From positions 1 to 55,827 of the forward strand of contig JAQICS010000038.1 of assembly GCA_027858435.1 (NCBI GenBank): a stretch of 55,827 nucleotides of DNA, written 5' to 3'. A program made the translations under genes and the position numbers. Below are positions 42,808 through 51,968 of this stretch, piece by piece. The stretch is from Patescibacteria group bacterium (GTDB lineage: Bacteria > Patescibacteriota > Patescibacteriia > Patescibacteriales > UBA12465). The notes below the pieces were generated by a model. The model saw nothing but the letters and a program-made list of their open reading frames with translations, was not told where the DNA came from and did no database searches. The stretch's first letter is position 1. The number at the start of each line of letters is the position of its first letter.

Positions 42808-43509
42808 TTATTTTTTATCTTCTTCTTTTTCAGTGTTTTTCTCTTTTTTTGGTTCTTCTTTAACTTCTTCAGTTTTTTTAGTGTTAACTTCAAGTTCACC
42901 TTCACCTTTAAGCATAACAAGAGAGTTCATTGCTCCTGGAAGAGCTCCTTTTACAAAGATAACATCATTTTCCTCATCAACTGATACTACTTCAAGATTT
43001 GATGTAGTTATTTGACTATCACCCATTCTTCCGCCCATTTTCATACCTTTAAATACGTGAGCTGGGGCAGTAGAACCAATTGAACCAGGCATTCTTTCTT
43101 GGTCTTTATTACCATGAGTGGCTTTAAAACCATGAAATCCATGTCTTTTAATTACACCTTGAAAACCTTTACCTTTTGATGTTCCGGTTACCGCAACTGT
43201 ATCTTTTTCTTTAAAAGTATTAGCAGTAATAGTATCACCAATATTTAAGTCCATTGCTTCTTTAAGTCTAAATTCCTTAACATGAGTTGGTTTAACTGCT
43301 GCTTTTTTAAAGTGACCAATTTGTGGTTTTTTAATATTTTTTTCTTTGCGCTCTCCAAATGCTAATTGTACAGCATTGTAGCCATCTTTTTCTGTATTTT
43401 TAATTTGAGTGATAGTGCAAGGACCAGCTTTAACCGGAGTAACTCCTATTACTTTATTTTCTACCCAAACTTGGGTCATCCCCATCTTTTTTCCTAAAAT
43501 AAATTTCAT
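42808..43509 (-). CDS. rplC: 50S ribosomal protein L3 with a KE-rich C-terminal tail
   Basis: ILGKKMGMTQVW...GTSKGKGFQGVIKRHGF...PGSIG. Confidence 0.92.
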   Translation of the reverse strand: MKFILGKKMGMTQVWVENKVIGVTPVKAGPCTITQIKNTEKDGYNAVQLAFGERKEKNIKKPQIGHFKKAAVKPTHVKEFRLKEAMDLNIGDTITANTFKEKDTVAVTGTSKGKGFQGVIKRHGFHGFKATHGNKDQERMPGSIGSTAPAHVFKGMKMGGRMGDSQITTSNLEVVSVDEENDVIFVKGALPGAMNSLVMLKGEGELEVNTKKTEEVKEEPKKEKNTEKEEDKK

Positions 43510-43533
43510 ATAATTTTCAAATGTTTTTTAAAC

Positions 43534-43556
43534 AAAAAACTGGTCTAAAACCAGCT
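43534..43556 (-). terminator. terminator/attenuator-like hairpin in the 222-bp rpsJ-rplC spacer
   Basis: Minus strand gCTGGT-tttag-ACCAG followed by T6, about 25 nt before the rplC ATG. Confidence 0.35.
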
Positions 43557-43731
43557 ATAAAAAATATCAATAAAAACTAGATATACAATCTTGTCTTCTA
43601 AATATTTAAAATTTTGCTGATTTACCTCCAAATAATCGACTAAGTATTGTAAGGACACTTTCGTAAAAGAGTTATCCTAGCTCCAAATAGTCTGTTTAAT
43701 TTTTAAACTAATTTATTTCCTAATTATCTTA

Positions 43732-44067
43732 CTACATTTTAATTTCAACGTCAACCCCAGCTGGTAAGCTTAAATTACTTAAAACTTCAATAGTTTTAGC
43801 ACTAGGCTCAACGATATCAATCATTCTTTTATGGATGCGCATTTCATATTGATCACGTGCATCTTTGTGAACGAAAGTTGAACGGTTAACAGTGTATTTT
43901 CTTGTTTCCGTTGGTAATGGAATTGGCCCAAAAAACTGAGCATCACTTCTTTCAATAGTTTCAATGATTGTCTTGGTTGATTGGTCAATAATCTTGTGAT
44001 CAAAAGCTTTAATTTTGATCCTGATTCTTTGTTTGAAATCTTTTTCTTCTTTTTTGTTTTCAGGCAT
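43732..44067 (-). CDS. rpsJ: 30S ribosomal protein S10
   Basis: [16 protein letters not shown]...PLPT....[23 protein letters not shown]. Confidence 0.92.
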   Translation of the reverse strand: MPENKKEEKDFKQRIRIKIKAFDHKIIDQSTKTIIETIERSDAQFFGPIPLPTETRKYTVNRSTFVHKDARDQYEMRIHKRMIDIVEPSAKTIEVLSNLSLPAGVDVEIKM

Positions 44068-44119
44068 AATAATTGACTGTAAAATAAGATTTTTAAAAGC
44101 GAATTAAATAAACGCTAGT

Positions 44120-44149
44120 GTTCTGTCCTCCTTTTGAGGAGAACAGAAC
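44120..44149 (-). terminator. hairpin after tuf (weak U-tract, possibly a partial terminator)
   Basis: GTTCTGT+CCTC / GAGG+ACAGAAC arms with a 3-nt bulge, 17 nt after the tuf stop, followed by TTTATTT only. Confidence 0.35.
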
Positions 44150-44166
44150 TAAGCGTATACTTAAAA

Positions 44167-45354
44167 TTATTTGATAATTTTAGTAACAACACCAGCACCA
44201 ACAGTTCTACCACCTTCACGAATAGTGAATTTTTGCTTATCTTCTAAAGCAATAGGAGAAATTAATTTAATAGTTAAATTAGTTGTATCTCCAGGCATAA
44301 CCATTTCAGTTCCTGGTTGTAATGCAATATCACCAGTAACATCAGTAGTTTTAAAGAAGAATTGTGGTTTGTAACCATTAAAGAATGGTTTGTGTCTTCC
44401 ACCTTCATCTTTTGATAAAACATAAACTTCGGCTGTGAACTCAGTATGAGGAGTTACACTTCCTGGTTTACATAGAACTTGACCTCTTTCAACGTCATCT
44501 TTCTTTGTACCACGAAGAAGTAATCCAGCATTATCACCAGCTTGTCCTTGATCAAGTTGTTTATTAAACATCTCAATACCAGTAACAGTAGTTTTAGCAG
44601 TGTCATTTAAACCAACCATTTCTACTTCGTCACCAATATTAATAGCTCCTCTTTCAATACGACCAGTAACAACAGTACCACGTCCTTCAATTGAGAAAAT
44701 ATCTTCAATTGGCATTAAGAAAGGTTGATCAATATCACGTTTTGGCTCTGGAATGTGTTCTTCCATTTTATTCATTAAGTCCATGATAGGTTCTGCATCT
44801 TCTCCATTTGGATTCTCTAAAGCTTTTAGAGCTGAACCACGAATAATTGGAGTAGTGTCTCCAGGGAATTCGTATTTATTTAATAAATCACGAACTTCCT
44901 CTTCAACAAGGTCAATTAATTCTTTGTCCTCCACCATATCGCATTTGTTTAAAAATACAACGATGTAAGGAACACCAACTTGTCTTGCAAGTAGGATATG
45001 TTCTCTGGTTTGAGGCATAGGACCATCAGTTGCAGATACAACTAAAATAGCTCCGTCCATTTGTGCAGCCCCTGTAATCATGTTCTTAACATAATCAGCG
45101 TGCCCTGGACAATCAACGTGAGCATAGTGTCTTTTTTCTGACTCATACTCTACGTGAGCGGTAGCAATAGTGATACCTCTTTCCTTTTCTTCAGGAGCAG
45201 CATCAATTTCGCCTACTCCTTTTGAAGAAGCAGTCATACCCTTTGCTTGAAAAACAGCTAACATAGCTGCAGTCAATGTTGTTTTTCCATGATCAACGTG
45301 GCCAATTGTACCAACGTTAACATGGGGTTTTCCTCTTTCAAATTTTTCTGCCAT
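44167..45354 (-). CDS. tuf: elongation factor Tu
   Basis: [24 protein letters not shown]; 395 aa. Confidence 0.97.
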   Translation of the reverse strand: MAEKFERGKPHVNVGTIGHVDHGKTTLTAAMLAVFQAKGMTASSKGVGEIDAAPEEKERGITIATAHVEYESEKRHYAHVDCPGHADYVKNMITGAAQMDGAILVVSATDGPMPQTREHILLARQVGVPYIVVFLNKCDMVEDKELIDLVEEEVRDLLNKYEFPGDTTPIIRGSALKALENPNGEDAEPIMDLMNKMEEHIPEPKRDIDQPFLMPIEDIFSIEGRGTVVTGRIERGAINIGDEVEMVGLNDTAKTTVTGIEMFNKQLDQGQAGDNAGLLLRGTKKDDVERGQVLCKPGSVTPHTEFTAEVYVLSKDEGGRHKPFFNGYKPQFFFKTTDVTGDIALQPGTEMVMPGDTTNLTIKLISPIALEDKQKFTIREGGRTVGAGVVTKIIK

Positions 45355-45465
45355 GTTTTTTGTGTCAGGCCCTCGCTAATGCGAAGTTTCTTTCCCTATT
45401 ACAGGAAACCAGCCGAACTTAATTAATTATTAATTATATATATTTTTAAAAAATATTAAACTTAT

Positions 45466-45909
45466 TTACTCGATTTCTTTAGCCTTTTTCTTAACACTTG
45501 AGGGTATATTCCAAGGCTTTTTATTCTTATCTTCTTCACTTAAAAAGTCCATTTCATTACCACTCTTCCACATTGAAATCTCGCGATTAATTCTATCAGT
45601 TAAATTTTCTTCTGTCAAATCCTGATTATCCTCATTTTTAGGGTTTTTTTCTACTTTTTCATTTTCTTTTTTTTCTTTCTTTTTCTTTTCTATATTATCC
45701 TCTATTTCCTCGCTTCTATTTAACTGTTTTTGCTTATCTATATTTTTAGGTTCTTCACCTTGTTCAAAACTACTATCAACTAACTTTTCGTAAGAATTAA
45801 TATCTAGCATGACAAATGAATTCTCAGGCGCAACTGAATCATAGACAACAAGTTTATCGCCAGATTTTTTGGTCAATTGAAATAATTTTTTCAAATCATT
45901 TGATAACAT
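45466..45909 (-). CDS. hypothetical protein inserted between fusA and tuf (structured N-terminus, KE-rich middle)
   Basis: 147-aa ORF with ATG start. No recognised family. Confidence 0.5.
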   Translation of the reverse strand: MLSNDLKKLFQLTKKSGDKLVVYDSVAPENSFVMLDINSYEKLVDSSFEQGEEPKNIDKQKQLNRSEEIEDNIEKKKKEKKENEKVEKNPKNEDNQDLTEENLTDRINREISMWKSGNEMDFLSEEDKNKKPWNIPSSVKKKAKEIE

Positions 45910-45934
45910 AAATATTAATTTTTAAAGCAAATTT

Positions 45935-48019
45935 TTAATCAGTTCTTCCCTTCTTTTCTCTAATTGCTTCTAATATATTTTTTGGTACTTCAGCGTAGCT
46001 TGAAAATTCCATAGAATAGTTAGCTCTTCCCTGGGTCATAGATCTAAGAGCAGTTGAGTATCCAAACATTTCTGCAAGTGGTACCCTAGCTTTAACTAAT
46101 TTAACATTTGATCTATCAGTCATTTCATCAATTTGTCCTCTCTTACTACTTAAATCACCAATCACTGAACCCATGTATTCTTCTGGGGTAGTAACCTCTA
46201 CTTTCATCATTGGTTCAAGAAGAACTGTTCCAGCTCTAGAACAAGCATCACGGAAAGCAAAGATTGCTGCCATTTTAAAGGCTACTTCAGAAGAATCAAC
46301 TTCATGGTATGAACCATCAAAAACAGTAGCTTTAATTTTAACCATTGGAAATCCAACTAAAGGACCGTTAGCAACCGCCTCTTTAACACCTTTTTCAACA
46401 GCTGGGATAAATTCTTTTGGAATTGCACCACCTTTAACCTCATCAGCAAACTCAAAGTTTTCTTCACTATCTACAAGTGGTTCAATTCTTAAGTAGCAAT
46501 GACCATACTGACCACGTCCACCAGATTGTTTTGAATATTTGTGTTCTGCTTCAGCTGTACCAGTAATAGTTTCACGATATGAAACTTGAGGGTTACCAAC
46601 ATTAGCTTCAACATTAAATTCTCTTTTCATTCTATCAACGATAATGTCTAAGTGAAGTTCACCCATACCAGAGATTAAAACTTGATTTGTTTCTTCGTCA
46701 GTTTGTACTCTGAAAGTTGGATCTTCTTCAGCTAGTCTTTGTAGGGCTACACCCATTTTTTCTTGATCAGCTTTTGTTTTAGGTTCAACTGCAATTTTAA
46801 TAACTGGTTCAGGGAAAACTATAGCTTCAAGAAGTACTTCGTTTCCTTCTGTGCATAATGTATCACCAGTAGTAGTATTTTTAAGACCAATAATTGCTGC
46901 AATATCACCAGCGTAAATTTCATCTACTTCTTCACGGTGATTAGCGTGCATTCTAACTAAACGACCAATTCTTTCTTTTTTTCCAGTAACCGCATTAACA
47001 ATATATGTTCCTGATTTTAAGACTCCTTGATAGACACGAACAAAGCAAAGTTTTCCTACAAATGGGTCAGTAGCAATTTTAAAAGCTAGACCAACAAAGG
47101 GTTGATTATCGTCTGCTTTAATAACTACTTTTTCATCAGAATTAGGTTTTTCAGCTTCTAGTTTAGCAACGTCAATTGGTGCAGGAAGATAATCATTAAC
47201 TGCATCAAGAACTAGTTGTACACCAATGTTTTGAAGAGCTGTACCACACATTACTGGATATATTTCATTGTTAATAACACCTTTTCTAATTGTCTTCTTT
47301 AAATCTTCTAATGAAATTTCTTCACCAGCTAGATATTTTTCCATTATTTCTTCATCACATTCAACCGCTCTTTCTACTAATTCAGCGTAGTATTGTTCTA
47401 CCTTTTCTTTCATATCTTCGGGAACTTCAACTTCTTCAACATTCATACCAAAACTACCGGAGAAGGTATAGGCTTTTTTAGTTAAAAGATCAATTACACC
47501 AGATAATTCACTTTCTGAACCAATTGGTAATTGAATCGCCACTGCTTTAGGATTTAATCTTTCTCTAATTGAGTTTAAACTCATATAGAAATCAGCTCCA
47601 GTCTTATCCATTTTATTTACAAAACAAAGACGAGGAACATGATATTTATCAGCTTGTCTCCATACAGTCTCAGATTGTGGTTCAACGCCAGCTTGTCCAT
47701 CAAAAACAGCAACAGCACCATCTAGTACACGTAGTGATCTTTCTACCTCAACGGTAAAGTCAACGTGGCCAGGGGTGTCAATAATATTGATTTTATTATT
47801 TTTCCAGAAACAAGTAGTAGCGGCTGAGGTAATAGTAATACCTCTTTCTTTTTCTTGATCCATCCAATCCATGTCTGATTGACCTTCATGGGTTTCACCG
47901 ATCTTATGTTTTTTACCGGTATAAAAAAGAACACGCTCAGTAAAAGTTGTTTTACCAGCGTCAATGTGAGCCATAATTCCAATGTTTCTGATATGGTCTA
48001 ATGAATAGTCTCTTGGCAT
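45935..48019 (-). CDS. fusA: elongation factor G
   Basis: [26 protein letters not shown]; 694 aa. Confidence 0.97.
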   Translation of the reverse strand: MPRDYSLDHIRNIGIMAHIDAGKTTFTERVLFYTGKKHKIGETHEGQSDMDWMDQEKERGITITSAATTCFWKNNKINIIDTPGHVDFTVEVERSLRVLDGAVAVFDGQAGVEPQSETVWRQADKYHVPRLCFVNKMDKTGADFYMSLNSIRERLNPKAVAIQLPIGSESELSGVIDLLTKKAYTFSGSFGMNVEEVEVPEDMKEKVEQYYAELVERAVECDEEIMEKYLAGEEISLEDLKKTIRKGVINNEIYPVMCGTALQNIGVQLVLDAVNDYLPAPIDVAKLEAEKPNSDEKVVIKADDNQPFVGLAFKIATDPFVGKLCFVRVYQGVLKSGTYIVNAVTGKKERIGRLVRMHANHREEVDEIYAGDIAAIIGLKNTTTGDTLCTEGNEVLLEAIVFPEPVIKIAVEPKTKADQEKMGVALQRLAEEDPTFRVQTDEETNQVLISGMGELHLDIIVDRMKREFNVEANVGNPQVSYRETITGTAEAEHKYSKQSGGRGQYGHCYLRIEPLVDSEENFEFADEVKGGAIPKEFIPAVEKGVKEAVANGPLVGFPMVKIKATVFDGSYHEVDSSEVAFKMAAIFAFRDACSRAGTVLLEPMMKVEVTTPEEYMGSVIGDLSSKRGQIDEMTDRSNVKLVKARVPLAEMFGYSTALRSMTQGRANYSMEFSSYAEVPKNILEAIREKKGRTD

Positions 48020-48054
48020 ATTTCTTTAAACTAGTTATTATAATTAAATTATTT

Positions 48055-48522
48055 CTATCGTGAGAAATGAGCAAACGCTTTATTAGCTTCAGCCATTTTA
48101 TGCATTGTTTCTCTTTTTCTAACAGCTGTTCCTTCGCCATTTGAAGCTTCAAGAATTTCAAGTGATAGTTTTTCAGCCATTGATTTACCTCTTCTTTTAT
48201 TTGATGCATCAATTAACCATTTACAAGCTAAAAAGTATCGTCTTTCACCACGTACTTGAAAAGGTACTTGGTAGTTAGCACCACCAACTCTCTTACCACG
48301 AACCTCTACTAAAGGTGACACTTTTTTAATAGCTTTATTAAAAATGTGACGTGGGTCTTGTTTTGATTTGTCTTTTAAAATTTCGAAGGCATCGTAGACA
48401 ATATTCTCAGCTACGCTCTTTTTTCCTTCCTCCATGATATAGTTGATAAACTTAGCGATATTAATATCGCTATATTTGGAGTCTCCTTCAATTTCTCTTC
48501 TTGGGGCTTGTTTTCCTCTCAT
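48055..48522 (-). CDS. rpsG: 30S ribosomal protein S7
   Basis: VEVRGKRVGGANYQVP and a KAFAHFSR end. Confidence 0.95.
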   Translation of the reverse strand: MRGKQAPRREIEGDSKYSDINIAKFINYIMEEGKKSVAENIVYDAFEILKDKSKQDPRHIFNKAIKKVSPLVEVRGKRVGGANYQVPFQVRGERRYFLACKWLIDASNKRRGKSMAEKLSLEILEASNGEGTAVRKRETMHKMAEANKAFAHFSR

Positions 48523-48546
48523 ACATTATTTAAATTATATAAATTT

Positions 48547-48975
48547 TTAAGCTTTTTCTTCTTTAGGTTTTTTAGCGCCATAAAGACTGCGGCTCTTTCT
48601 TCTTGCTTCAACACCAGCTGCATCAAAGACACCACGTACAACTTTATAACGAACACCAGGAAGATCTTTTGTTTTTCCACCTTTAATTAAAACAATTGAA
48701 TGCTCCTGTAAGTTATGTCCCATACCTGGGATATAAGCAGTTACTTCCATTCCATTTGATAAACGAACACGAGCAATTTTACGTAACGCAGAGTTCGGTT
48801 TTTTAGGAGTAGTTGTTGTTACCTTTAAGCAAACACCTTGTTTAAAAGGAGCTCCTTTGGCAGTTTCTTTTCTTTTGCGATGTAAGGAGTCAAGCGTAAC
48901 ATGAAGAGCAAGATTCTTTTTTCTTGCTTGTACTTTCTTTCTTCCTTTTCTCACTAGTTGATTAACGGTTGGCAT
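48547..48975 (-). CDS. rpsL: 30S ribosomal protein S12
   Basis: [12 protein letters not shown]...[34 protein letters not shown]. Confidence 0.95.
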   Translation of the reverse strand: MPTVNQLVRKGRKKVQARKKNLALHVTLDSLHRKRKETAKGAPFKQGVCLKVTTTTPKKPNSALRKIARVRLSNGMEVTAYIPGMGHNLQEHSIVLIKGGKTKDLPGVRYKVVRGVFDAAGVEARRKSRSLYGAKKPKEEKA

Positions 48976-49012
48976 AATAATTTATTTTATAAATTCATTC
49001 TTTATTTTATAC

Positions 49013-49036
49013 AAAAAAGATTCCTGACTATTCAGG
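49013..49036 (-). terminator. weak terminator after the 229-aa ORF, upstream of rpsL
   Basis: Minus strand CCTGA-atag-TCAGG, then aatc and T6. Confidence 0.3.
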
Positions 49037-49102
49037 TCTTTCTTATATTTTTTTTATACTAATTTAATTTAACAAAACTAAAAGGATAAGTCAAGACTTG
49101 AA

Positions 49103-49792
49103 CTAAGCACTGTGTGATAATCTTTCACTATCTTTATCTTTAAAAGATAATGTTACTAATCTTGAGTACTCTTCCAACTTCGAATCAGCATATTCTTTAT
49201 TGTCTTTATTACCTTTAATTCCCTTTTTTATCTTTTCTAATATCTCTTTATCAATATCAAACAATATATCCGCTTTTCTAGTTTCCAAGTTTTCTTCATC
49301 GTCATTTAAATCAATACTTACACAAGTTATCTCTTGTCCACTTTCCTTGTCATACATCTTTACTAAACCATCTACTCCAAAAACTTTATGTAAATGATTT
49401 CCCCCTACTGTGCTAAAAAATTTAAACTCATAATCACTACTAGAATTTTCTTCTATATTTTTGATTAACTTAGAAACAAAAGGAGACTTGTTTTCTTCTA
49501 TCTGAGATTTTTCAATCAATTCAATAGCCTTTTCATAAGAGATAAAATTATTACCTAAATAATCGTTATCATCTGTAAAACTTTCTCTAGCTTTATCTTT
49601 TATATCAATAGAAGTTTTAAATTTTTCACTAGGATCGTTTATACTATTTAATTCATCTTGATGAATATGTTTATAAGCCAATTCTTTATACATATCCGAA
49701 TCAATAGAACCAAAAAATTCTTCTTCTAAACTAAGTTCATTTTTTTGTTTTTCAAAATTTAAATTAAAAAATTCAAATGATTTAGAAAACAT
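49103..49792 (-). CDS. hypothetical acidic protein
   Basis: 229-aa ORF with ATG start. No signal peptide and no recognised motif. Confidence 0.5.
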   Translation of the reverse strand: MFSKSFEFFNLNFEKQKNELSLEEEFFGSIDSDMYKELAYKHIHQDELNSINDPSEKFKTSIDIKDKARESFTDDNDYLGNNFISYEKAIELIEKSQIEENKSPFVSKLIKNIEENSSSDYEFKFFSTVGGNHLHKVFGVDGLVKMYDKESGQEITCVSIDLNDDEENLETRKADILFDIDKEILEKIKKGIKGNKDNKEYADSKLEEYSRLVTLSFKDKDSERLSHSA

Positions 49793-49859
49793 ATCTTTAT
49801 ATTTATTATTACCTATATACTAATTTACCACAGATAAACAAAATAATAAAGAAATACTA

Positions 49860-49888
49860 TTGACATTACAATAAATTTGTGTTATTAT
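49860..49888 (+). promoter_or_regulatory. sigma-70 promoter (TTGACA, 17 nt, TATTAT) of the lipoprotein gene
   Basis: TTGACA at 49860-49865 and TATTAT at 49883-49888. Confidence 0.45.
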
Positions 49889-49936
49889 TATGAGTTATCA
49901 AATAATTGATAATTGAACCTTAAAAATTAATTAATC

Positions 49937-50788
49937 ATGAAAAACATTAGTCTTTTATTAATTGCTTTAATTTTTATTTTCTCTTCTTGTGAAAACACCA
50001 TGGAAGATGTAAAACCAAAAACTGATAACGACATCGTTATCACTATGTCAAACCCAGGTAATGAATTAAAGTCAGGTACGCTTGATCCAGAAATTAATTA
50101 TGGGGACACGATTGATATTTACAATTCCCGTGATTTAAATTTCATCTTTACTGCCTACAATCAGGCCGGAAATTTAGCCGATGGTTACTTTAATTTATCA
50201 CAAGTTGATTCAGATTTGAAAATTGAAAACCATTATCTGAAATCATACTTAATGGATATAAGTAATGGACCGATTGCCAGCCTAAAACCGGAAGAACTTG
50301 GCTTATACAGAATAATATTTAATCAGCCATTGACTGGTGCCCAATTTACATTTTATCTTCGTCACAGCGGCTTACCAGGTCTTATAGGCGACAAACAAGA
50401 AAATGCCTTTGCTTTCCGTTTGGATAAAAAGGGACATATTTCATATACCGAATCGGGAACTAAAATCGCCTATCACTTATTCCTTCAGGTACGCGACGGA
50501 GAAATAGAGGAAATATTTAAACTAAGCGGTTTAAATGAAATAAAAGCAATTTTGTTTCACGCTCAAGGAAAAAGTGAAATTGAAGTTAAGCGTTGTAAAT
50601 ATTCAGACTATATTACCTTCAGTTTTTTTACTGAAGACTATCAAACAATGAGTAAAAATATTTACAAATTAGTATTTCTGGTTGGTGAGTATGGAAAAGG
50701 TTGGTATTCATTTTCTTCAGCCTATAAATCAGATTGGACTGAGGGAAGGCTACCATCAGCTATGTTAAGTTTTTCTGATTTCAATTAA
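49937..50788 (+). CDS. putative lipoprotein of unknown function
   Basis: N-terminal MKNISLLLIALIFIFSSC (signal plus a lipobox-like Cys18). 283 aa; the G+C content appears above that of its neighbours. Confidence 0.6.
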   Translation: MKNISLLLIALIFIFSSCENTMEDVKPKTDNDIVITMSNPGNELKSGTLDPEINYGDTIDIYNSRDLNFIFTAYNQAGNLADGYFNLSQVDSDLKIENHYLKSYLMDISNGPIASLKPEELGLYRIIFNQPLTGAQFTFYLRHSGLPGLIGDKQENAFAFRLDKKGHISYTESGTKIAYHLFLQVRDGEIEEIFKLSGLNEIKAILFHAQGKSEIEVKRCKYSDYITFSFFTEDYQTMSKNIYKLVFLVGEYGKGWYSFSSAYKSDWTEGRLPSAMLSFSDFN

Positions 50789-50818
50789 AAAGAAAAACAA
50801 AAACAAAAACAAATCAAA

Positions 50819-50852
50819 ACCCGAGTTTTTTAATAGCTCGGGTCTTTTTTTT
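50819..50852 (+). terminator. intrinsic terminator
   Basis: ACCCGAG, an 11-nt loop, then CTCGGGT followed by cT8. Confidence 0.7.
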
Positions 50853-50869
50853 ATTTGAAATATTATATT

Positions 50870-51469
50870 TTAGAAACCAGCAATCAAACCAAAAAGGAAA
50901 TGAACGGGTATGACTATCCAGTCTCCAAAAAAAATTACAAATGGTATCACCATTAACAAACCATATTTTTCCAAAGACAAATACTTAAGCTTATTCTCTG
51001 GAGAAAGAAAAACGGTAACAATCTTTGAGCCATCAAGAGGTGGTATTGGAATTAGATTGAAGACCATTAAAAATAGGTTTATATAAACCACTAAACTAAG
51101 TAGGCTAGTAAAAGCTACACTGCTAAAAGGGGTAAGTCTAATAATTAAACCAAACACTATGGCTAGAGCTAAATTAGCTAAGGGTCCAGCTGCTGCCACT
51201 TTAGCATCGCCATACTTTCTATCTCTTAAGTTATACGGATTATATGGAACCGGTTTTGCCCAAGCAAACAAAAAAGAAGAATTGAACATAACCATTATTA
51301 ACGGTAATATAACAGAACCAAAAGGATCTAAATGCTTAATTGGGTTAAAAGTCAATCTTCCAGCATTTTTGGCTGTGGGATCACCTAACCTATAGGCTAC
51401 ATAACCATGCATGTATTCATGAAATACTGCTGATAATATTAAAACTATTATTAAAAATATTGGATTCAT
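50870..51469 (-). CDS. site-2 protease family (M50) membrane metalloprotease
   Basis: HEYMHG (HExxH) in the first TM helix, FNLIPIPPLDGSK second motif; 199 aa. Confidence 0.8.
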   Translation of the reverse strand: MNPIFLIIVLILSAVFHEYMHGYVAYRLGDPTAKNAGRLTFNPIKHLDPFGSVILPLIMVMFNSSFLFAWAKPVPYNPYNLRDRKYGDAKVAAAGPLANLALAIVFGLIIRLTPFSSVAFTSLLSLVVYINLFLMVFNLIPIPPLDGSKIVTVFLSPENKLKYLSLEKYGLLMVIPFVIFFGDWIVIPVHFLFGLIAGF

Positions 51470-51544
51470 AAAATTATAAAATTATACTATTTGCTTTTAA
51501 ACATAACAAATAATTCCTTAATTACCAAAAAAGTATAACACATC

Positions 51545-51573
51545 TTGATTTATTTTTAAAATACTGATAAAAT
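51545..51573 (+). promoter_or_regulatory. candidate promoter of rpmB (TTGATT, 17 nt, TAAAAT)
   Basis: TTGATT at 51545-51550 and TAAAAT at 51568-51573. Confidence 0.3.
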
Positions 51574-51613
51574 CAAAACGATTTTAAAATGAATATAATA
51601 AGAAAATAAAAAT

Positions 51614-51826
51614 ATGGGAAAAAAATGTGATTTATGCAAAAGAGTTGCTACCAAAGGTGCTAGCCGTTCCCATTCCAAGATCAAAACCTTGAAAAGACAA
51701 GGAATCAACTTGCAAAGCAAGACGATTGATGGAATGAAACTAAAGCTTTGCACCTCTTGCCTGCGCACACTTGATAAGCCAAAAAGAATTAAGAAGAAAA
51801 AAGAGGAAGTAGCAGTGGAAGCATAA
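51614..51826 (+). CDS. rpmB: 50S ribosomal protein L28 (C4 zinc form)
   Basis: MGKKCDLCKR....G...SHS....KR....NLQ aligns with the L28 N-terminus. CDLC...CTSC cysteine pairs. Preferred over the antisense 93-aa ORF. Confidence 0.8.
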   Translation: MGKKCDLCKRVATKGASRSHSKIKTLKRQGINLQSKTIDGMKLKLCTSCLRTLDKPKRIKKKKEEVAVEA

Positions 51827-51849
51827 ACAAAGATCAAAAAATCTAAAGA

Positions 51850-51879
51850 AACAAGAATTATTTAATTCTTGTTTTTTTT
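51850..51879 (+). terminator. intrinsic terminator after rpmB
   Basis: AACAAGAATT-attt-AATTCTTGTT followed by a T-run. Confidence 0.7.
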
Positions 51880-51968
51880 AGTAACAACACTTAATTCTCT
51901 TATCTTCCTTTTTTTGTCACGTTTTTTATCTTTTATTTTTTACCTTTTTCTTTTTTTATTCTTTTGCT

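Noticed and set aside
45355-45430. GC-rich patch upstream of tuf considered as a tRNA, since tRNA genes often precede tuf
   Set aside because: No acceptor stem/T-arm (GTTCRAnnC) architecture could be drawn. It forms only two short hairpins, so I treat it as a 5' leader.
47743-48212. 79-aa and 83-aa minus-strand ORFs overlapping the fusA 5' end and the rpsG 3' end
   Set aside because: They are out-of-frame overlaps with two highly conserved genes and are compositionally odd (K/L-rich).
51556-51837. 93-aa minus-strand ORF overlapping 51614-51826
   Set aside because: The plus-strand frame aligns with ribosomal protein L28 (KKC..C......G...SHS...KR...NLQ) and has a promoter and a terminator. 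The minus-strand frame is hydrophobic low-complexity.
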